Source of the DNA: the human T2T-CHM13v2.0 reference genome, Homo sapiens
Direction: 5' to 3' (one strand)
Length of the DNA stretch: 64,000 bases
NCBI RefSeq assembly: GCF_009914755.1
Contig: NC_060929.1
The notes beneath the pieces are model-generated. The model saw only the letters and a list, made by a program, of their open reading frames with translations. It made no database searches and had not been told where the DNA came from. Position numbers and translations under genes: made by a program. Below, one piece after another: positions 63,886 through 64,000 of this stretch (positions are counted from its first letter, which is position 1; every line of letters begins with the position of its first letter).

Positions 63886-64000
63886 TTACAAATGGATTAA
63901 AAAGTGTAATTCAAATTTCTGAAATGATTGGGTTAATTCTTATTCCTACTTTATGTGGGTGCTATGATCTCACAAGAAAGATGAATAACTCGTTTTATAT

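Overview
Primate, most likely human, AT-rich and repeat-dense non-coding DNA containing Alu, L1PA/PB/M, L2, MIR, MaLR/ERV LTRs and Tigger/hAT/Mariner MITEs. I see no intact protein-coding gene, and nearly all ORF-track entries are chance or repeat-derived. The main non-repeat feature is a ~5.9-kb, essentially full-length processed pseudogene of PTPN11 (SHP2) on the minus strand (~33158-39040). It was copied from an mRNA lacking exon 4 exactly and inserted into the central A-rich linker of an AluS, splitting that Alu in two. A Y1 RNA retrocopy lies next to it. Other notable structure: a 101-bp inverted, locus-specific templated copy (60612-60712 from 55910-56010) fused to a half-Alu, a twin-primed inverted L1, a near-full-length L1PB, a complete MSTA-type MaLR provirus and a MER41 LTR carrying a GAS motif. 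I found no evidence of a new multi-gene biological system. The interesting signals are fossil records of splicing, retrotransposition and DNA repair. Repeat subfamily names and PTPN11 numbering come from recalled reference sequences, not from a search.
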